A stretch of DNA of 51,631 nucleotides, from NCBI GenBank assembly GCA_964498565.1, contig CAZCJT010000001.1, positions 1 to 51,631 of the forward strand, read 5' to 3'. Source of the stretch: an uncultured Acidimicrobiaceae bacterium. Its GTDB lineage: Bacteria; Actinomycetota; Acidimicrobiia; Acidimicrobiales; Salinilacustritrichaceae. Every line of letters starts with the position of its first letter. The first letter of the stretch is position 1. Below are positions 36,340-46,068 of the stretch, piece after piece. A model generated the notes under the pieces. It was not told the DNA's origin and did no database searches. It was given only the letters and a program-made list of their open reading frames with translations. The translations under genes and the position numbers were made by a program.

Positions 36340-37226
36340 AGCAGGGCGAGATAGGGGGAGAAGTCGGCCGAGGCGTGCAGTGCGACCAAGACGCCGACGG
36401 TCGAGACCGCAGTGACGCCGAGGGCGGCGAGGGACAGATCCGGAAGCGCCGGGGGTGCGGGGTCTACGAGGTTCCGGCTGCGGAACTGCCACAGCTCGGC
36501 GCCGCAGGCGATGTGTGCGCGCACGCCTTCAGCGCTGATGCCTCGCGCGATCGTTCGCCGCCGGGTGAGCAGGCCGCCCGCAGCATCTTCATCGGCCGCT
36601 CGCTCGAGACCGATGCGCAACGCTGCCGCCGTGCGCGCGGCCCCAGGAACGAATACGAACGCCGTCTCCAAGGCAGTGGCCAGGAGTGCGTTCCACCGGT
36701 CCCTGCCTCGGAGATGCGCCCGCTCATGGTCGAGCACGAAGCGCAACACGTCGGCGGACAGCCGAGCGCGCAAACCTTCCGAGATCACGATCTGTGGTTG
36801 CCGACCAGGGATGGTGTAGGCCACGGACGCATCGGTAGGGATGATGACGACCTCGAGGTCCCCGGCCGTCTCGTGCTTGCCCAACCACGCGTCGACCCGA
36901 GCGGCCCGATGGCCTCGCGCCGCTCGACTCGCCAGGACAGCGGACCGACCGACGATCCAGACGACCGCAGCAGCGGCCGCCGCGGATCCGAAGACCCCTT
37001 CTGGCGCGAGGTGGTCGACCGGGGTCACGGCCCCTCCAACCATGAGGTGCAATGCGCCAACAGACGTGGAGAGGAGGAGCGCAGCGACGATTGCGAACAT
37101 CCCGAGGCCGACCGACGCCACCGCGAGTCGCACGAACCATCGCGGTGCAGCGACCAGCATGGGCTTGGGGCGGATGCCCGGCATGGCCACGGCAAGGAGG
37201 CCGCAGGCCAGGAGCAAGAGGGTCAC
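36336..37226 (-). CDS. M56 (BlaR1-like) membrane metallopeptidase
   Basis: AYTIPG..PQIVIS, VLDHERAHL, ERAADE; follows BlaI. Confidence 0.85.
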   Translation of the reverse strand: MTLLLLACGLLAVAMPGIRPKPMLVAAPRWFVRLAVASVGLGMFAIVAALLLSTSVGALHLMVGGAVTPVDHLAPEGVFGSAAAAAAVVWIVGRSAVLASRAARGHRAARVDAWLGKHETAGDLEVVIIPTDASVAYTIPGRQPQIVISEGLRARLSADVLRFVLDHERAHLRGRDRWNALLATALETAFVFVPGAARTAAALRIGLERAADEDAAGGLLTRRRTIARGISAEGVRAHIACGAELWQFRSRNLVDPAPPALPDLSLAALGVTAVSTVGVLVALHASADFSPYLALL

Positions 37227-37594
37227 CGGTGAGGGCCGTCGTCGAGGAGCTTGCGCAGATGGCGACGGCGTCGGGAATCGAGGCCGGCGAGGAAGTGCAT
37301 CAACGCAGCCTCCGGGTCGTCAGCAGCCTCCAGGATCCCGGTCATCCGCTCGGCTGTCTGCTCGCCCTCGCCCTTCATCGGGTGGTAGGCGAACGCCTTG
37401 CCGACGGTGCGCCGGTCGACGATCCCCTTCTTCCACAGCCGACGAAGGATCGTCATCACCGTCGAGTACACGACCGGGGGATCGCTCTGCAGTCGAGCCA
37501 GGACCTCTCGCGGTGTGAGCCAGTCGTCGGAGTCCCACAGGATCGACATCACCTCGGCCTCGAGCTGACCCATGCCGCGCCGCTGCGCCGTCAC
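37223..37594 (-). CDS. blaI: BlaI/MecI/CopY repressor
   Basis: GQLEAEVMSILW, YSTVMTILRRL..KG.V.R...GKAF.Y. Confidence 0.9.
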   Translation of the reverse strand: MTAQRRGMGQLEAEVMSILWDSDDWLTPREVLARLQSDPPVVYSTVMTILRRLWKKGIVDRRTVGKAFAYHPMKGEGEQTAERMTGILEAADDPEAALMHFLAGLDSRRRRHLRKLLDDGPHR

Positions 37595-38577
37595 GCTGAT
37601 CCTTCCACGACTGCTTGCACCGCTTCGGTGAGGTTCCGCTCCGAGGCGACGTTGTCCCACCGCTCGATGACGGTACCGCTCGCATCGACGAGGAAGACCC
37701 AGGGCTCCGCTGGCTCCCCCTGCCGGTCGGGCCAGATCCATTCGACGGCGGCCTTGTTCAAGGTGTTGGCCTCGAAGTCCTTGAAGACCTCGAGGTGCAC
37801 GAAGTCCATCCGGTCGCCGTACTCCTGGGCCAGCGCCTGCACGGTGTCGGTGATGGGGCCGCAGAAGCGGCTCACGCAGTACACGGGCGTCGACACGACG
37901 ACCATGACCGGCCGTCCTGCGGCGATCGCCGCAGCGACGGTCTCCTCGTGGAGCTCCGGGTCGGGGACCGTACCGTCCTCTTCCGCTCGCGAGTCGACGG
38001 CGTCGGGCGGTGCGTCAGGATCGCCGGGCAGGAGGTTCTGCGTCCGCGGTGCGGGATCCCCAGGGACTGGCACAAGGCTCTCCTCGCGGACGTTGAACGC
38101 CGCCGTGGCGGAATGCTGGATGCCGTCGATCTCGACGTCGACGGCGACCTCCCAGAAGCCCGCTCGGTCGAAGCGCACCGCCTCGGCGCCGTAGACGCCA
38201 CGTGCCTCGGACGGCGAGGTGAACGCGGCCGATTCCGACTGCGTCGACTCCGGCGAGCCCGGGACAGGGACGAAGGTCGCCGTCGCATCCGGGCCGGGCG
38301 TCGGCTCGTCGAGCATGTTGCCCTCCTCGCCGAGGAAGGAGAAGGCCAGCTCGGCGGCTCCGTGGCTGACCATGCCCTCCTCGTCGCTGAACAAACCGAC
38401 CAGGAAGCGCTGGTCGCGGTCGACGACGAGCTCGTAGCTGGCGACCTGGGCGACGACCCCCCGGTCTGGCTCGGACGTGGGGGACGTGGCTGCGTCGTCG
38501 TCCGAGTCCCCGCCGCATCCCGCCAGGATGAGGGCGGCGACGGACACACAGATCCAGGATCGTCGGGTCATGGGCAC
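37591..38577 (-). CDS. Thioredoxin-like lipoprotein with CxxxxC motif
   Basis: Lipobox LAGC; TPVYCVSRFCGP; FVHLEV; EPWVFLVD. Confidence 0.8.
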   Translation of the reverse strand: MPMTRRSWICVSVAALILAGCGGDSDDDAATSPTSEPDRGVVAQVASYELVVDRDQRFLVGLFSDEEGMVSHGAAELAFSFLGEEGNMLDEPTPGPDATATFVPVPGSPESTQSESAAFTSPSEARGVYGAEAVRFDRAGFWEVAVDVEIDGIQHSATAAFNVREESLVPVPGDPAPRTQNLLPGDPDAPPDAVDSRAEEDGTVPDPELHEETVAAAIAAGRPVMVVVSTPVYCVSRFCGPITDTVQALAQEYGDRMDFVHLEVFKDFEANTLNKAAVEWIWPDRQGEPAEPWVFLVDASGTVIERWDNVASERNLTEAVQAVVEGSA

Positions 38578-38978
38578 GAGGTGGCTGCTTCCGGGTCGAG
38601 GGTTCGGGCGGCGGCTGCGGTCGCATCCGCCAGGTCGGCGAGAGCCGTCTGCAGATCTGAGGCCGAGCTCGACTCCATGAGTGCCTCGATGCGTTCCTTG
38701 GCTCGGAGCAGGTCGGCAGTCGCTGCCCGATCCACCTCAGCAGTGCGCGCAGCCAGGTCGTGGAGCCCGTCGTGGGCGTCATCGAAGAAGACCGCACGTG
38801 CATCCTCGACATCGCCTGACCGAGCGGCGACGAGGGCGTTGCACACCCCAGCCAGCGGCAACGGCCCTGCGCCGTCCGTCGGGGCGTCCGTGTCGTTGTC
38901 TCCGGCGGCGGACAGGGCCAACCACCCCGCGAGGACCAGCGCCACGGCGGCGAGCAGACCGGCGGTGGTGCGGTTCAC
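38568..38978 (-). CDS. Secreted helical hypothetical protein
   Basis: Signal/TM; FFDDAHDGLHDLA; two Cys; overlaps the next gene. Confidence 0.65.
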   Translation of the reverse strand: MNRTTAGLLAAVALVLAGWLALSAAGDNDTDAPTDGAGPLPLAGVCNALVAARSGDVEDARAVFFDDAHDGLHDLAARTAEVDRAATADLLRAKERIEALMESSSASDLQTALADLADATAAAARTLDPEAATSCP

Positions 38979-39108
38979 GAGGCGCGCCCGGATGCGACAG
39001 CACAGCCGTCGACTCGCCACGAGCAGCTCCGTGTGACAGCGTGTCGCACGTCCAGATGTTCGTGCCCCGACCGCACCGAGGGCAACTCGCGATCGACTGC
39101 GTGACGAG

Positions 39109-39798
39109 GTGAAGCACGTGGCCTCCAATCTGATCTCGGGCATCCCCCGTCTCCGCACCGCCGGAGCAGCCGGGGCACTGGTGCTCGCCCTCACGGCCCT
39201 TGCAGCCGGCGGATGGCCTCCTGCGGAAGGCCCGGGCATCAGCGCCGCCCAACCACGACCGCCGGCAACCACCGCCCCGCCAACGGTCCTGTCCGCAGGC
39301 AGCACGCCACAGCCTGGGAGCGCACCGCGACCGGTTTCGCTCGACCCTGACGACTTCGTCCCACCCGTGCAGCTCGGTGCACCGTTTCGGCTCTCGGTTC
39401 CGGGCGAGCGCGTCACCGGACCTCCAGCCGTGGAGAACGTCGATGGGATCGTGGTCCATGAGCGGCTGGCTCCGTTCATCCGCACCCTGCTGGCCGAGGC
39501 CGAAATCGCCGGCGTCCCCCTCGAGGGCGGCGGGTACCGCGACAGTGCCGCTCAGCGGCGCCTGCGGGCGCAGAACTGCCCGGACCCGGTCAACTCGCCA
39601 GCGTCAGCGTGCAGCCCACCGACAGCGAAGGTGGGCCAGTCCCTCCACGAGTACGGGCTCGCCGTCGACTTCACCTCCGGGGGCGAGCTCATCCTCGACC
39701 GCAGCTCGAAGGCCTACCGGTTCCTCGAGGCCAATAGCGGCTGGAACGGTCTCGAGGTGCACCCACAGGAACCGTGGCACTGGTCGTACCGGCCGTGA
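39109..39798 (+). CDS. M15B (VanY-like) D-Ala-D-Ala carboxypeptidase
   Basis: GGYR....Q, SLHEYGLAVD, EPWHW. Confidence 0.85.
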   Translation: MKHVASNLISGIPRLRTAGAAGALVLALTALAAGGWPPAEGPGISAAQPRPPATTAPPTVLSAGSTPQPGSAPRPVSLDPDDFVPPVQLGAPFRLSVPGERVTGPPAVENVDGIVVHERLAPFIRTLLAEAEIAGVPLEGGGYRDSAAQRRLRAQNCPDPVNSPASACSPPTAKVGQSLHEYGLAVDFTSGGELILDRSSKAYRFLEANSGWNGLEVHPQEPWHWSYRP

Positions 39799-39837
39799 CG
39801 CTGTCCGGCCTCGTTTGGTATCGCCACGCCGAGGTCG

Positions 39838-39848
39838 TACACGCTGTA
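39838..39848. promoter_or_regulatory. Possible BlaI-type operator
   Basis: TAC-N5-GTA immediately upstream of the cupredoxin ATG; short motif, weak. Confidence 0.35.
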
Positions 39849-39852
39849 GCAG

Positions 39853-40281
39853 ATGAACCACTTCCGAGAGCTTGCGTACATGACGGAACGCCGCATGACC
39901 CGGCGGCGTGCCCTCCGCCTCGGAGCCGGCGCAGTCGTTGCGACCGCGCTCGTGGCATGCGGGGACAACGCGTCGACTGAAGAAGGCGCCACAGCGGAGA
40001 CCGAGGAACCAGTCGAAGAGTTCACCATCGTCGCCGAGAACATGCGATGGGATGTCGACCGCATCGTGGTCCCGGCAGGGGTGGAGGTCACCGCCACGAT
40101 CGAGAACCGCGACCAGGGTGTCCTGCACAACCTCCACATCCAGTCTCCCGACGACCCCAAGACCGAGCTCGAGGACGGTGTCGTCACCCAGACGCTGACC
40201 TTCACCGTCGCCGAACCTGGCGAATACGAGTACGTCTGCGACGCCCACCTGTTCATGTCCGGGACCATCGTTGCCGTCTAG
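39853..40281 (+). CDS. Cupredoxin (type 1 Cu) Tat lipoprotein
   Basis: TRRRAL Tat motif, LVAC lipobox, HN...YVCDAH..M ligands. Confidence 0.88.
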   Translation: MNHFRELAYMTERRMTRRRALRLGAGAVVATALVACGDNASTEEGATAETEEPVEEFTIVAENMRWDVDRIVVPAGVEVTATIENRDQGVLHNLHIQSPDDPKTELEDGVVTQTLTFTVAEPGEYEYVCDAHLFMSGTIVAV

Positions 40282-41017
40282 CCAGGATCCAGATGGCGCC
40301 AGGCAGCAGCGACGGCACCCGAGTGCGACGGGGGATCGGGGACCGTGGCCGGCACGTCCGTTGTCGGTGCCGGAGGTCCTCCTTGGCTACCTGCTCGCTC
40401 TCGTTGCCGCCGGGATCGCTAGTGGCATCGTCGGGCTGGTCACCCTCGACGCTGACGGTCCGCTCACGATCCTCGGCGGCCAGGTCGGCCTCTGGGCCGG
40501 CTTCGTCGGGGTTGTGGCCTACGCACGATCGCGCCCGGGAGCTCCGAGGTACGTGGGAGCGATCCGAAGCGAGCTCCATGCATCAGATGCCCGTGGCCTC
40601 GTCTTGGGCGTGACCACGCAGCTGGTGCTGCTCCCCCTCCTCTACCTGCCGTTCCGCTCGTGGTTCGACGAGGACGACCTGTCCGCTCCCGCTGAGGATC
40701 TGCTGGCTGACTTCAACGGCGTCCTGCTCGTGCTGATGGGTGTGGGCGTAGTGCTGGTCGCCCCTGTCGTGGAGGAGCTGTTCTTCCGAGGACTGCTGCT
40801 GGGCACGATCCGGGAGCGCTGGGGGACGATTGCAGCCGTGATCGGGTCGTCCGTCTTCTTCGGGGCCACGCATTTCCAACCGTTGCAGTTCGCCGGGCTG
40901 ACCGCCGCCGGGCTCGTGTTCGCCGCCGCAGTCGTAAGGACGGGGCGGCTGGGATCTGCGATCGCCGTGCACGTCGGCTTCAACGCCACGACGTTCGCGG
41001 CGCTGGTCCTGCTCTGA
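40271..41017 (+). CDS. CPBP/CAAX intramembrane protease
   Basis: APVVEELFFRG, FGATH, H...N; start uncertain. Confidence 0.85.
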   Translation: MPSSQDPDGARQQRRHPSATGDRGPWPARPLSVPEVLLGYLLALVAAGIASGIVGLVTLDADGPLTILGGQVGLWAGFVGVVAYARSRPGAPRYVGAIRSELHASDARGLVLGVTTQLVLLPLLYLPFRSWFDEDDLSAPAEDLLADFNGVLLVLMGVGVVLVAPVVEELFFRGLLLGTIRERWGTIAAVIGSSVFFGATHFQPLQFAGLTAAGLVFAAAVVRTGRLGSAIAVHVGFNATTFAALVLL

Positions 41018-41218
41018 CTACGGCTTCCGCCGCCTACGGTCCGGCGGTGGCCCGGATCGTTGCCGGAGGATCGATCGCACCAGTCCGGTCAGAGCAGCGA
41101 CGACGATCACGGCCAAGAAGATCGCAGCGACGATGCCCGGTGCCCCCCCTGCCCCGTCCGATTCCTCCGGTGGTGCAGCCTGGGCGAGCACGGCGGTGAC
41201 CGGCCGCTCGTCCCTCAC
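41018..41218 (-). CDS. Small single-TM protein
   Basis: TM followed by basic tail; coupled to the upstream small ORF. Confidence 0.5.
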   Translation of the reverse strand: MRDERPVTAVLAQAAPPEESDGAGGAPGIVAAIFLAVIVVAALTGLVRSILRQRSGPPPDRRRRKP

Positions 41219-41403
41219 TCGCCCTCGTCCGTCTCATCGCTCTGGTCCTCGACGAGGCGGCGACGTCGCCGGCGCACGATCAGGAACCCGGCGACGAGAA
41301 TCCACAACACGACGGGCACGAAGGCAGCGAAGGCGGCGGCGTTGTTCGCTGCGGCTCGCTCGCCGTCAGCGGTTGCGAGTATGAGCACCGTGGCGACGAT
41401 CAT
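41215..41403 (-). CDS. Small single-TM protein
   Basis: TM followed by RRRRRR. Confidence 0.5.
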   Translation of the reverse strand: MIVATVLILATADGERAAANNAAAFAAFVPVVLWILVAGFLIVRRRRRRLVEDQSDETDEGE

Positions 41404-41441
41404 GTCGACACCGGGTCACCACCCGACGCACCTGCGACACC

Positions 41442-42344
41442 ATGTACCATCTCCCAATGGTGCCTGCTCGGGCTGGGGGCGTCCAAGCCTCGAGGGTCAT
41501 CGGGCGCTGGCAGCGGGGCCGCAGCCTGGTGCTGCTTCTGGCGTTGATGACCGTTGCCGGGTCGTGCTCCCCGTCCCCTCCGGGTGGTGGTGAGGACAGC
41601 GCCGACGCTTCTGCGCTCAGCGCACGCCTGGCTGAGCCCCGCGATGGCTTCCGCTTCGCCTACCGCGCCCGGGGTACCGGTGTGCTCGATTGCGTCCTGC
41701 CGAACCGCCGGCTCAACGGGGCCGTCTTCCCGGATGGCACCGTGCGGCTCACCGCGGAGACCCCGGCAGGGCGAGGCACGGCGATCGTCGAGGCGGACGC
41801 CGTCTACCTCAGCTCCGAGCTGTTCTCCGTCGAACCCGACACCGCGGAATGGTTCCGCATTGATCGCGAGGACGTGGAACGGGTCCGGCCCCAGCTCGCC
41901 CGGATCCTCGGCGCAGACCTCACGTCGTATGTCGCAGCGTCGGGCCCACCGCCCGACGGCAACGCGACCGTGGCGGAGACACTCGAGCGCAGCGACGCCC
42001 AACCCATCGACCCGATCCGCACGCCGGTCAGCACCCTGGCGAACGGGTTCCGCTTCGTGGTCGAGGGGGAGACAGCTGTTCCCGTCGTCGACGCATGGGT
42101 CGACGCGGCCGGCGAGGTCGTGCGCGTGCAGGTGCGTGACTCCATTGCGGGTTCACCGGGCACGCCCGCACCCGACACCGGTTGGATCCTCGACTACCTC
42201 CCGCTGGCGGCGGACACCACTGCCCCAGACCCGCCCACCGATGCGGTCGAAGCAACGGACGAGGCGCTCGCCGAGCTGGCTCCGCCGATGCAGGACGGGT
42301 GTGAGCTCGAGATCGGCCGGGAACCGGCCGACCCCAGCCTGTAG
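41442..42344 (+). CDS. Putative lipoprotein (LppX/LolA-like fold possible)
   Basis: Hydrophobic signal with GSC; VYL...W..I and DAWVD..G.V.R.V patterns; start uncertain. Confidence 0.6.
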   Translation: MYHLPMVPARAGGVQASRVIGRWQRGRSLVLLLALMTVAGSCSPSPPGGGEDSADASALSARLAEPRDGFRFAYRARGTGVLDCVLPNRRLNGAVFPDGTVRLTAETPAGRGTAIVEADAVYLSSELFSVEPDTAEWFRIDREDVERVRPQLARILGADLTSYVAASGPPPDGNATVAETLERSDAQPIDPIRTPVSTLANGFRFVVEGETAVPVVDAWVDAAGEVVRVQVRDSIAGSPGTPAPDTGWILDYLPLAADTTAPDPPTDAVEATDEALAELAPPMQDGCELEIGREPADPSL

Positions 42345-42356
42345 GGAAACCAGAGC

Positions 42357-43055
42357 TCAGCCGTCGGAGTGATCCATGTCGTCTGATTGGGACATCTCGC
42401 CCCCGTCCCCGTGGTCGGGGAACGGGCCAGGCTCGTAGCCGTCGGGGTCCGGGTCCAGGTCGGCGCGCGTCCGTGCGGCCTGCATTTCGTTGACCTCGAT
42501 CGCCTGGTTCCGGGCCATGCGGCCCGCCAACTCGCGAACCCACGAATCCGTCGCCTGCTCCGCAGCTGCTGCAGCCATGGAGACGCCACCTCGGTGGTGG
42601 TCCTCCAGCAGCGCCATGAACAAAGCGTCCGCCTCGGCGCCCTCGGCCTCGCGGAGAGCCTTCAGCTCGGCGTCGCTCGCCAGGCCCGGCATCTTTCCGG
42701 GTGCGGTCGCCATGCCCATCCATTCCATCGCCATCTCGGAGCGGTCCTGGCGGGCGTAGCCCCACTCGTCGAGCTGGCGCTGCATCTGACCCATCTCCCA
42801 GGACTGCTGCTGCAGCACCTCCCGGGCGAACGTCTGGGCCGTCGGGGTGGTTCCGTTCTGCAGCTCCCACACCGAAAGGGTGAGTGCCTGCTCGTGGTGG
42901 TCGAGCATGTCCTGCAGGAAGCCGACATCTGCGGAGGACTCGCCCGGGGGTCGTTGCTCGCGCTCCATCACGAAGTAGGTGACGGCCGCTCCGAGGAACG
43001 CGAACGCACCGGCGAGGGCGAGCCAGGTGCGGGGCACGTAGCGGTCGACGTCCAT
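42357..43055 (-). CDS. DUF305 (CopM-like) metal-binding protein
   Basis: DVGFLQDM.DHHEQA, MPGLA, F..L..HH.GG..MA. Confidence 0.9.
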   Translation of the reverse strand: MDVDRYVPRTWLALAGAFAFLGAAVTYFVMEREQRPPGESSADVGFLQDMLDHHEQALTLSVWELQNGTTPTAQTFAREVLQQQSWEMGQMQRQLDEWGYARQDRSEMAMEWMGMATAPGKMPGLASDAELKALREAEGAEADALFMALLEDHHRGGVSMAAAAAEQATDSWVRELAGRMARNQAIEVNEMQAARTRADLDPDPDGYEPGPFPDHGDGGEMSQSDDMDHSDG

Positions 43056-43067
43056 GTGTTGTCCCGT

Positions 43068-43727
43068 TCAGCCCAGAAGGGTTGACCAGTAGTCCCAGAA
43101 CCGCTGGCCGACGAGTCCGACGATGACGAGGTACCACGCCGTGAGGACCACGCCGTGGTACTCCTCCGCAGCCGCCCCGACCCGGGAAGCGACCCCGCCC
43201 AGGCGGAGGTGTCCCTGTCGGACGTTGTGCAAGGTGACGTACCAGAACAGGGGGATCGTGACCGCCCACACCACCATGCAGTACGGGCACAGGGCGTCGA
43301 TCCGGTACAGGCTCTGGAAGATCAACCAGTGCACGAACCCGACGGCGAACGTGACGCCGACCTGCAGGCCGAGCCAGAACCAGCGGGCGAACGTGGCCCC
43401 CGCGAAGAGGGCGAGGCCGACGGTGAGCACCACGGCGAACCCGGCGACGCCGATGATGGGGTTGGGGAACCCGAACGCCTCGGCCTGGTCGGTGCGCATG
43501 ATCGACCCGCAGCTGAGGATCGGGTTGATGCTGCAGCTCGGGATGTAGTCAGGGTCCTCGATCAGCTTGATCTTCTCGATCAGCAGCACCGCAGCGGCAA
43601 CGAGGCCCACCGCGCCGCCGAGGACGAGCACCCACGGGGTCCGGCGGGGCGGCTGAGCGGGTTCCGTCGTCAGGGGTGCGCCGCTGTCGGCCGGTGGCGC
43701 AACGGGGCGCACGGCCTGGTCAAGCAT
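43068..43727 (-). CDS. Vitamin K epoxide reductase (VKOR) family protein
   Basis: CSINPILSC, FGFPNP, ALCPYC. Confidence 0.93.
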   Translation of the reverse strand: MLDQAVRPVAPPADSGAPLTTEPAQPPRRTPWVLVLGGAVGLVAAAVLLIEKIKLIEDPDYIPSCSINPILSCGSIMRTDQAEAFGFPNPIIGVAGFAVVLTVGLALFAGATFARWFWLGLQVGVTFAVGFVHWLIFQSLYRIDALCPYCMVVWAVTIPLFWYVTLHNVRQGHLRLGGVASRVGAAAEEYHGVVLTAWYLVIVGLVGQRFWDYWSTLLG

Positions 43728-44361
43728 CGACGGCCTGCTCCATCCGCTGGACGAGCTCCTCGAAGGACTGCACCTCGAGCTTTTCGCCGTCGAGGAAGAA
43801 GCTCGGGGTGCCGGTCACGCCGAGGGCCTCGCCGTCGGCCTGGTCCCGCTCGATCTTCTCGAGCGTGGCCGGATCGTCGTATACGGCGCGGAACTCCTCC
43901 ATTTCGAGCCCGAGGTCCTCGGCGAAGCCGAAGAAGACCTCCTCCTGGGACGACTGCTTCTCACCCCACTCCGGCTGGGTCTCGAAGAGCAGGTCGTGCA
44001 TCTCCTCGAACTTGCCCTGGGCCGCTGCGGCCTCTGCGGCACGCCCCGCTGCGACGGAGTTGGCGTGGAGGGGGAAGTTCCGAACCACGAAGGTGATGTC
44101 GTCTCCGAAGCGGGACCGGAGCTCCTCGATGGCAGGGTGGGCGGCTCGGCACGCCTCGCACTCGAAGTCCAAGAACTCCACGAAAACCACGTCGGAGTCA
44201 CCCATTGAAAGGCGCTGGCTGTCGGGCCGGACCACCTGTGCGCCGCCACCTTCGGCCGCGACCTCTGGCTCGTCGTCCCCACCACCTGCGTTGGCCGCGA
44301 CCAGGACGGCGACGAGGGCAGCGAACACCAGCGCCAGGGACAACTTCAGGTTCTTCGACAC
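43720..44361 (-). CDS. dsbA: DsbA-family thiol oxidase
   Basis: EFLDFECEAC, RNFPL, GVTGTPSF; GGAG RBS before GTG 44361; overlaps VKOR. Confidence 0.9.
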   Translation of the reverse strand: MSKNLKLSLALVFAALVAVLVAANAGGGDDEPEVAAEGGGAQVVRPDSQRLSMGDSDVVFVEFLDFECEACRAAHPAIEELRSRFGDDITFVVRNFPLHANSVAAGRAAEAAAAQGKFEEMHDLLFETQPEWGEKQSSQEEVFFGFAEDLGLEMEEFRAVYDDPATLEKIERDQADGEALGVTGTPSFFLDGEKLEVQSFEELVQRMEQAVDA

Positions 44362-44476
44362 GTCACTCCTCGGGGCGCTCGCGTGGCGCCGCATCGGGGT
44401 CGGAGGGGGCTTCCAGTATGTCCGAGTCCAGGCTGTGCTCCACAGCGCCCGGTTGCGGGCCGGATGCTGTCGTGGC

Positions 44477-45145
44477 ATGTTCGCTCCCGTGGCATCGGAT
44501 CCCGGCCGGACCATCGTCTTCCTCGACCTGACGAGGTTCACGGCGCTCAACGACGCCCATGGCGATGATGCCGCCGCCGCGGTCGTCGACCGCTTCGTCG
44601 ATGCGGTCACCACCGCAGTGGTGGGTCGAGGACGGCTGGTGAAGACCCTCGGCGACGGGGTGCTGCTCGAGGCGCGCGATGCAGCTGCGGCGATCGAGGT
44701 GGCCGACGACGTCAGCCATCGACTCCACGACGCCGAAGCGATGCCCGAGGTCACCGGTGGTATCGCCAGCGGCTCCGTCGTCGATCGTGGAGACGACGTG
44801 CTCGGGACCGTCGTGAACCTGGCGGCACGGCTCGCCGACCTCGCTCCGCCCGGGGAGCTGCGCGTCACCGAGCACGCCGCGCGGGCGGCGGCCGTCGCAG
44901 GGTGGCAAGTGGAGCCACTCGGCGCCACGGAGATCCGTGGCCTCCACGACCCCGTCGCTGTCTTCAGGGTCCTGCTCTGCCACCCCGAGGACTGCGTCAC
45001 CGACCCCGTCTGCGGCATGCGGATCACCCCAGGGGCGGCCACGCCGGCAACCATCGTCGCCGGCGCGTCCATCTCGTTCTGCTCAGCGACCTGCCAGGAG
45101 CGGTTCCAGTCCGCTCCCGAGCGCTACCAGCCGTCAACGAGGTGA
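44477..45145 (+). CDS. Class III adenylate cyclase with C-terminal YHS/TRASH domain
   Basis: FLDLTRFT, KTLGDG, DVLG..VNLAARL; DPVCGM...FCS..C..RF..PERY. Confidence 0.88.
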   Translation: MFAPVASDPGRTIVFLDLTRFTALNDAHGDDAAAAVVDRFVDAVTTAVVGRGRLVKTLGDGVLLEARDAAAAIEVADDVSHRLHDAEAMPEVTGGIASGSVVDRGDDVLGTVVNLAARLADLAPPGELRVTEHAARAAAVAGWQVEPLGATEIRGLHDPVAVFRVLLCHPEDCVTDPVCGMRITPGAATPATIVAGASISFCSATCQERFQSAPERYQPSTR

Positions 45146-45342
45146 TCAGCTCTGCCGAATCCGGTTGGAGCACTGGGAAAGCCCGCCGCCGGATTCGGGA
45201 CATTGGTCCCGTCGCAGGGTGTGTTTCGCCTTCGGGAAGCTGTCGACCTCGCCCCCATGACGGTCGAGGCTAGGGGACTCGGAACCGGAGGAGAGTCGGT
45301 TGCAGTACGCGACCGTTTGACTCGTTGATCGTAGCGTCCTAG

Positions 45343-45358
45343 ACATATGGCCATGTGT
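45343..45358. promoter_or_regulatory. Imperfect palindrome, possible ArsR/SmtB operator
   Basis: ACATATGG|CCATGTGT in an AT-rich patch upstream of the ICMT-like gene. Confidence 0.45.
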
Positions 45359-45402
45359 ACATACATCGAAGTAGGAGTCCTGCGGCTGGCGGAGCAGCGG
45401 TG

Positions 45403-46008
45403 ATGGACGTCGTCGCGCTGCTCCTCTACGCCGTCTTCTTCGGCGCCGCCTTCGGCTGGCGCACCTGGCTCCAGTGGCGTCGCACGGGTGACACAGGGCT
45501 CCGGATCCACGCCGACCCCGGCACGCTGCAGTGGTGGGCAAAGCTCGGCTTCGTCGCTGCCCTGGTCGCCGGCGTCGCCGCTCCCGTCGCTGGCCTCGCC
45601 GGACTGCCTCCAGTTTCGCTCCTCGACGTCGCTGCGATCCGCGGCGCCGGCGCGGCCATCGCGGTCGTCGGGATCCTCGCCACGGTCGGGGCCCAGTGGC
45701 AGATGGGCGAGTCGTGGCGCATCGGTGTCGACCCCGACGAGCGCACCGGCCTGGTCACCGCCGGCGTCTTCGCCCGGGTCCGGAACCCGATCTTCACCGC
45801 CATGCTGATCGCAGCGACCGGTTTCACGCTCTTGGTCGCGAACTGGGTAGCGGTGGCCGGTTGGGTCGCACTCGTCGTCGCCCTCGAGGTCCAGGTGCGT
45901 GCGGTCGAGGAGCCGTACCTAGCACGGACCCATGGCGACGCCTACGAGGCCTACGCCGCGGCTGCCGGCCGGTTCGTTCCCAAGATCGGTCGTGCCCGGA
46001 TGCGGTGA
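45403..46008 (+). CDS. Isoprenylcysteine carboxyl methyltransferase-family membrane protein
   Basis: QMGESWRIGVD, LVT.G.F..VRNPI, EE.YL...G..Y..Y....RF.P. Confidence 0.9.
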   Translation: MDVVALLLYAVFFGAAFGWRTWLQWRRTGDTGLRIHADPGTLQWWAKLGFVAALVAGVAAPVAGLAGLPPVSLLDVAAIRGAGAAIAVVGILATVGAQWQMGESWRIGVDPDERTGLVTAGVFARVRNPIFTAMLIAATGFTLLVANWVAVAGWVALVVALEVQVRAVEEPYLARTHGDAYEAYAAAAGRFVPKIGRARMR

Positions 46009-46068
46009 GCCCGAGCCACTCCCGGGGGCGGCGCAGACGTAGGCTCCGGTTCCAAGGGGGAACACACC

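Noticed and set aside
43676-45145. 450-aa DsbA and 489-aa cyclase ORFs
   Set aside because: Same artefact: divergent genes with real starts near 44361 and 44477
45124-45350. Minus-strand ORF as an ArsR remnant
   Set aside because: No HTH or ArsR motifs in translation
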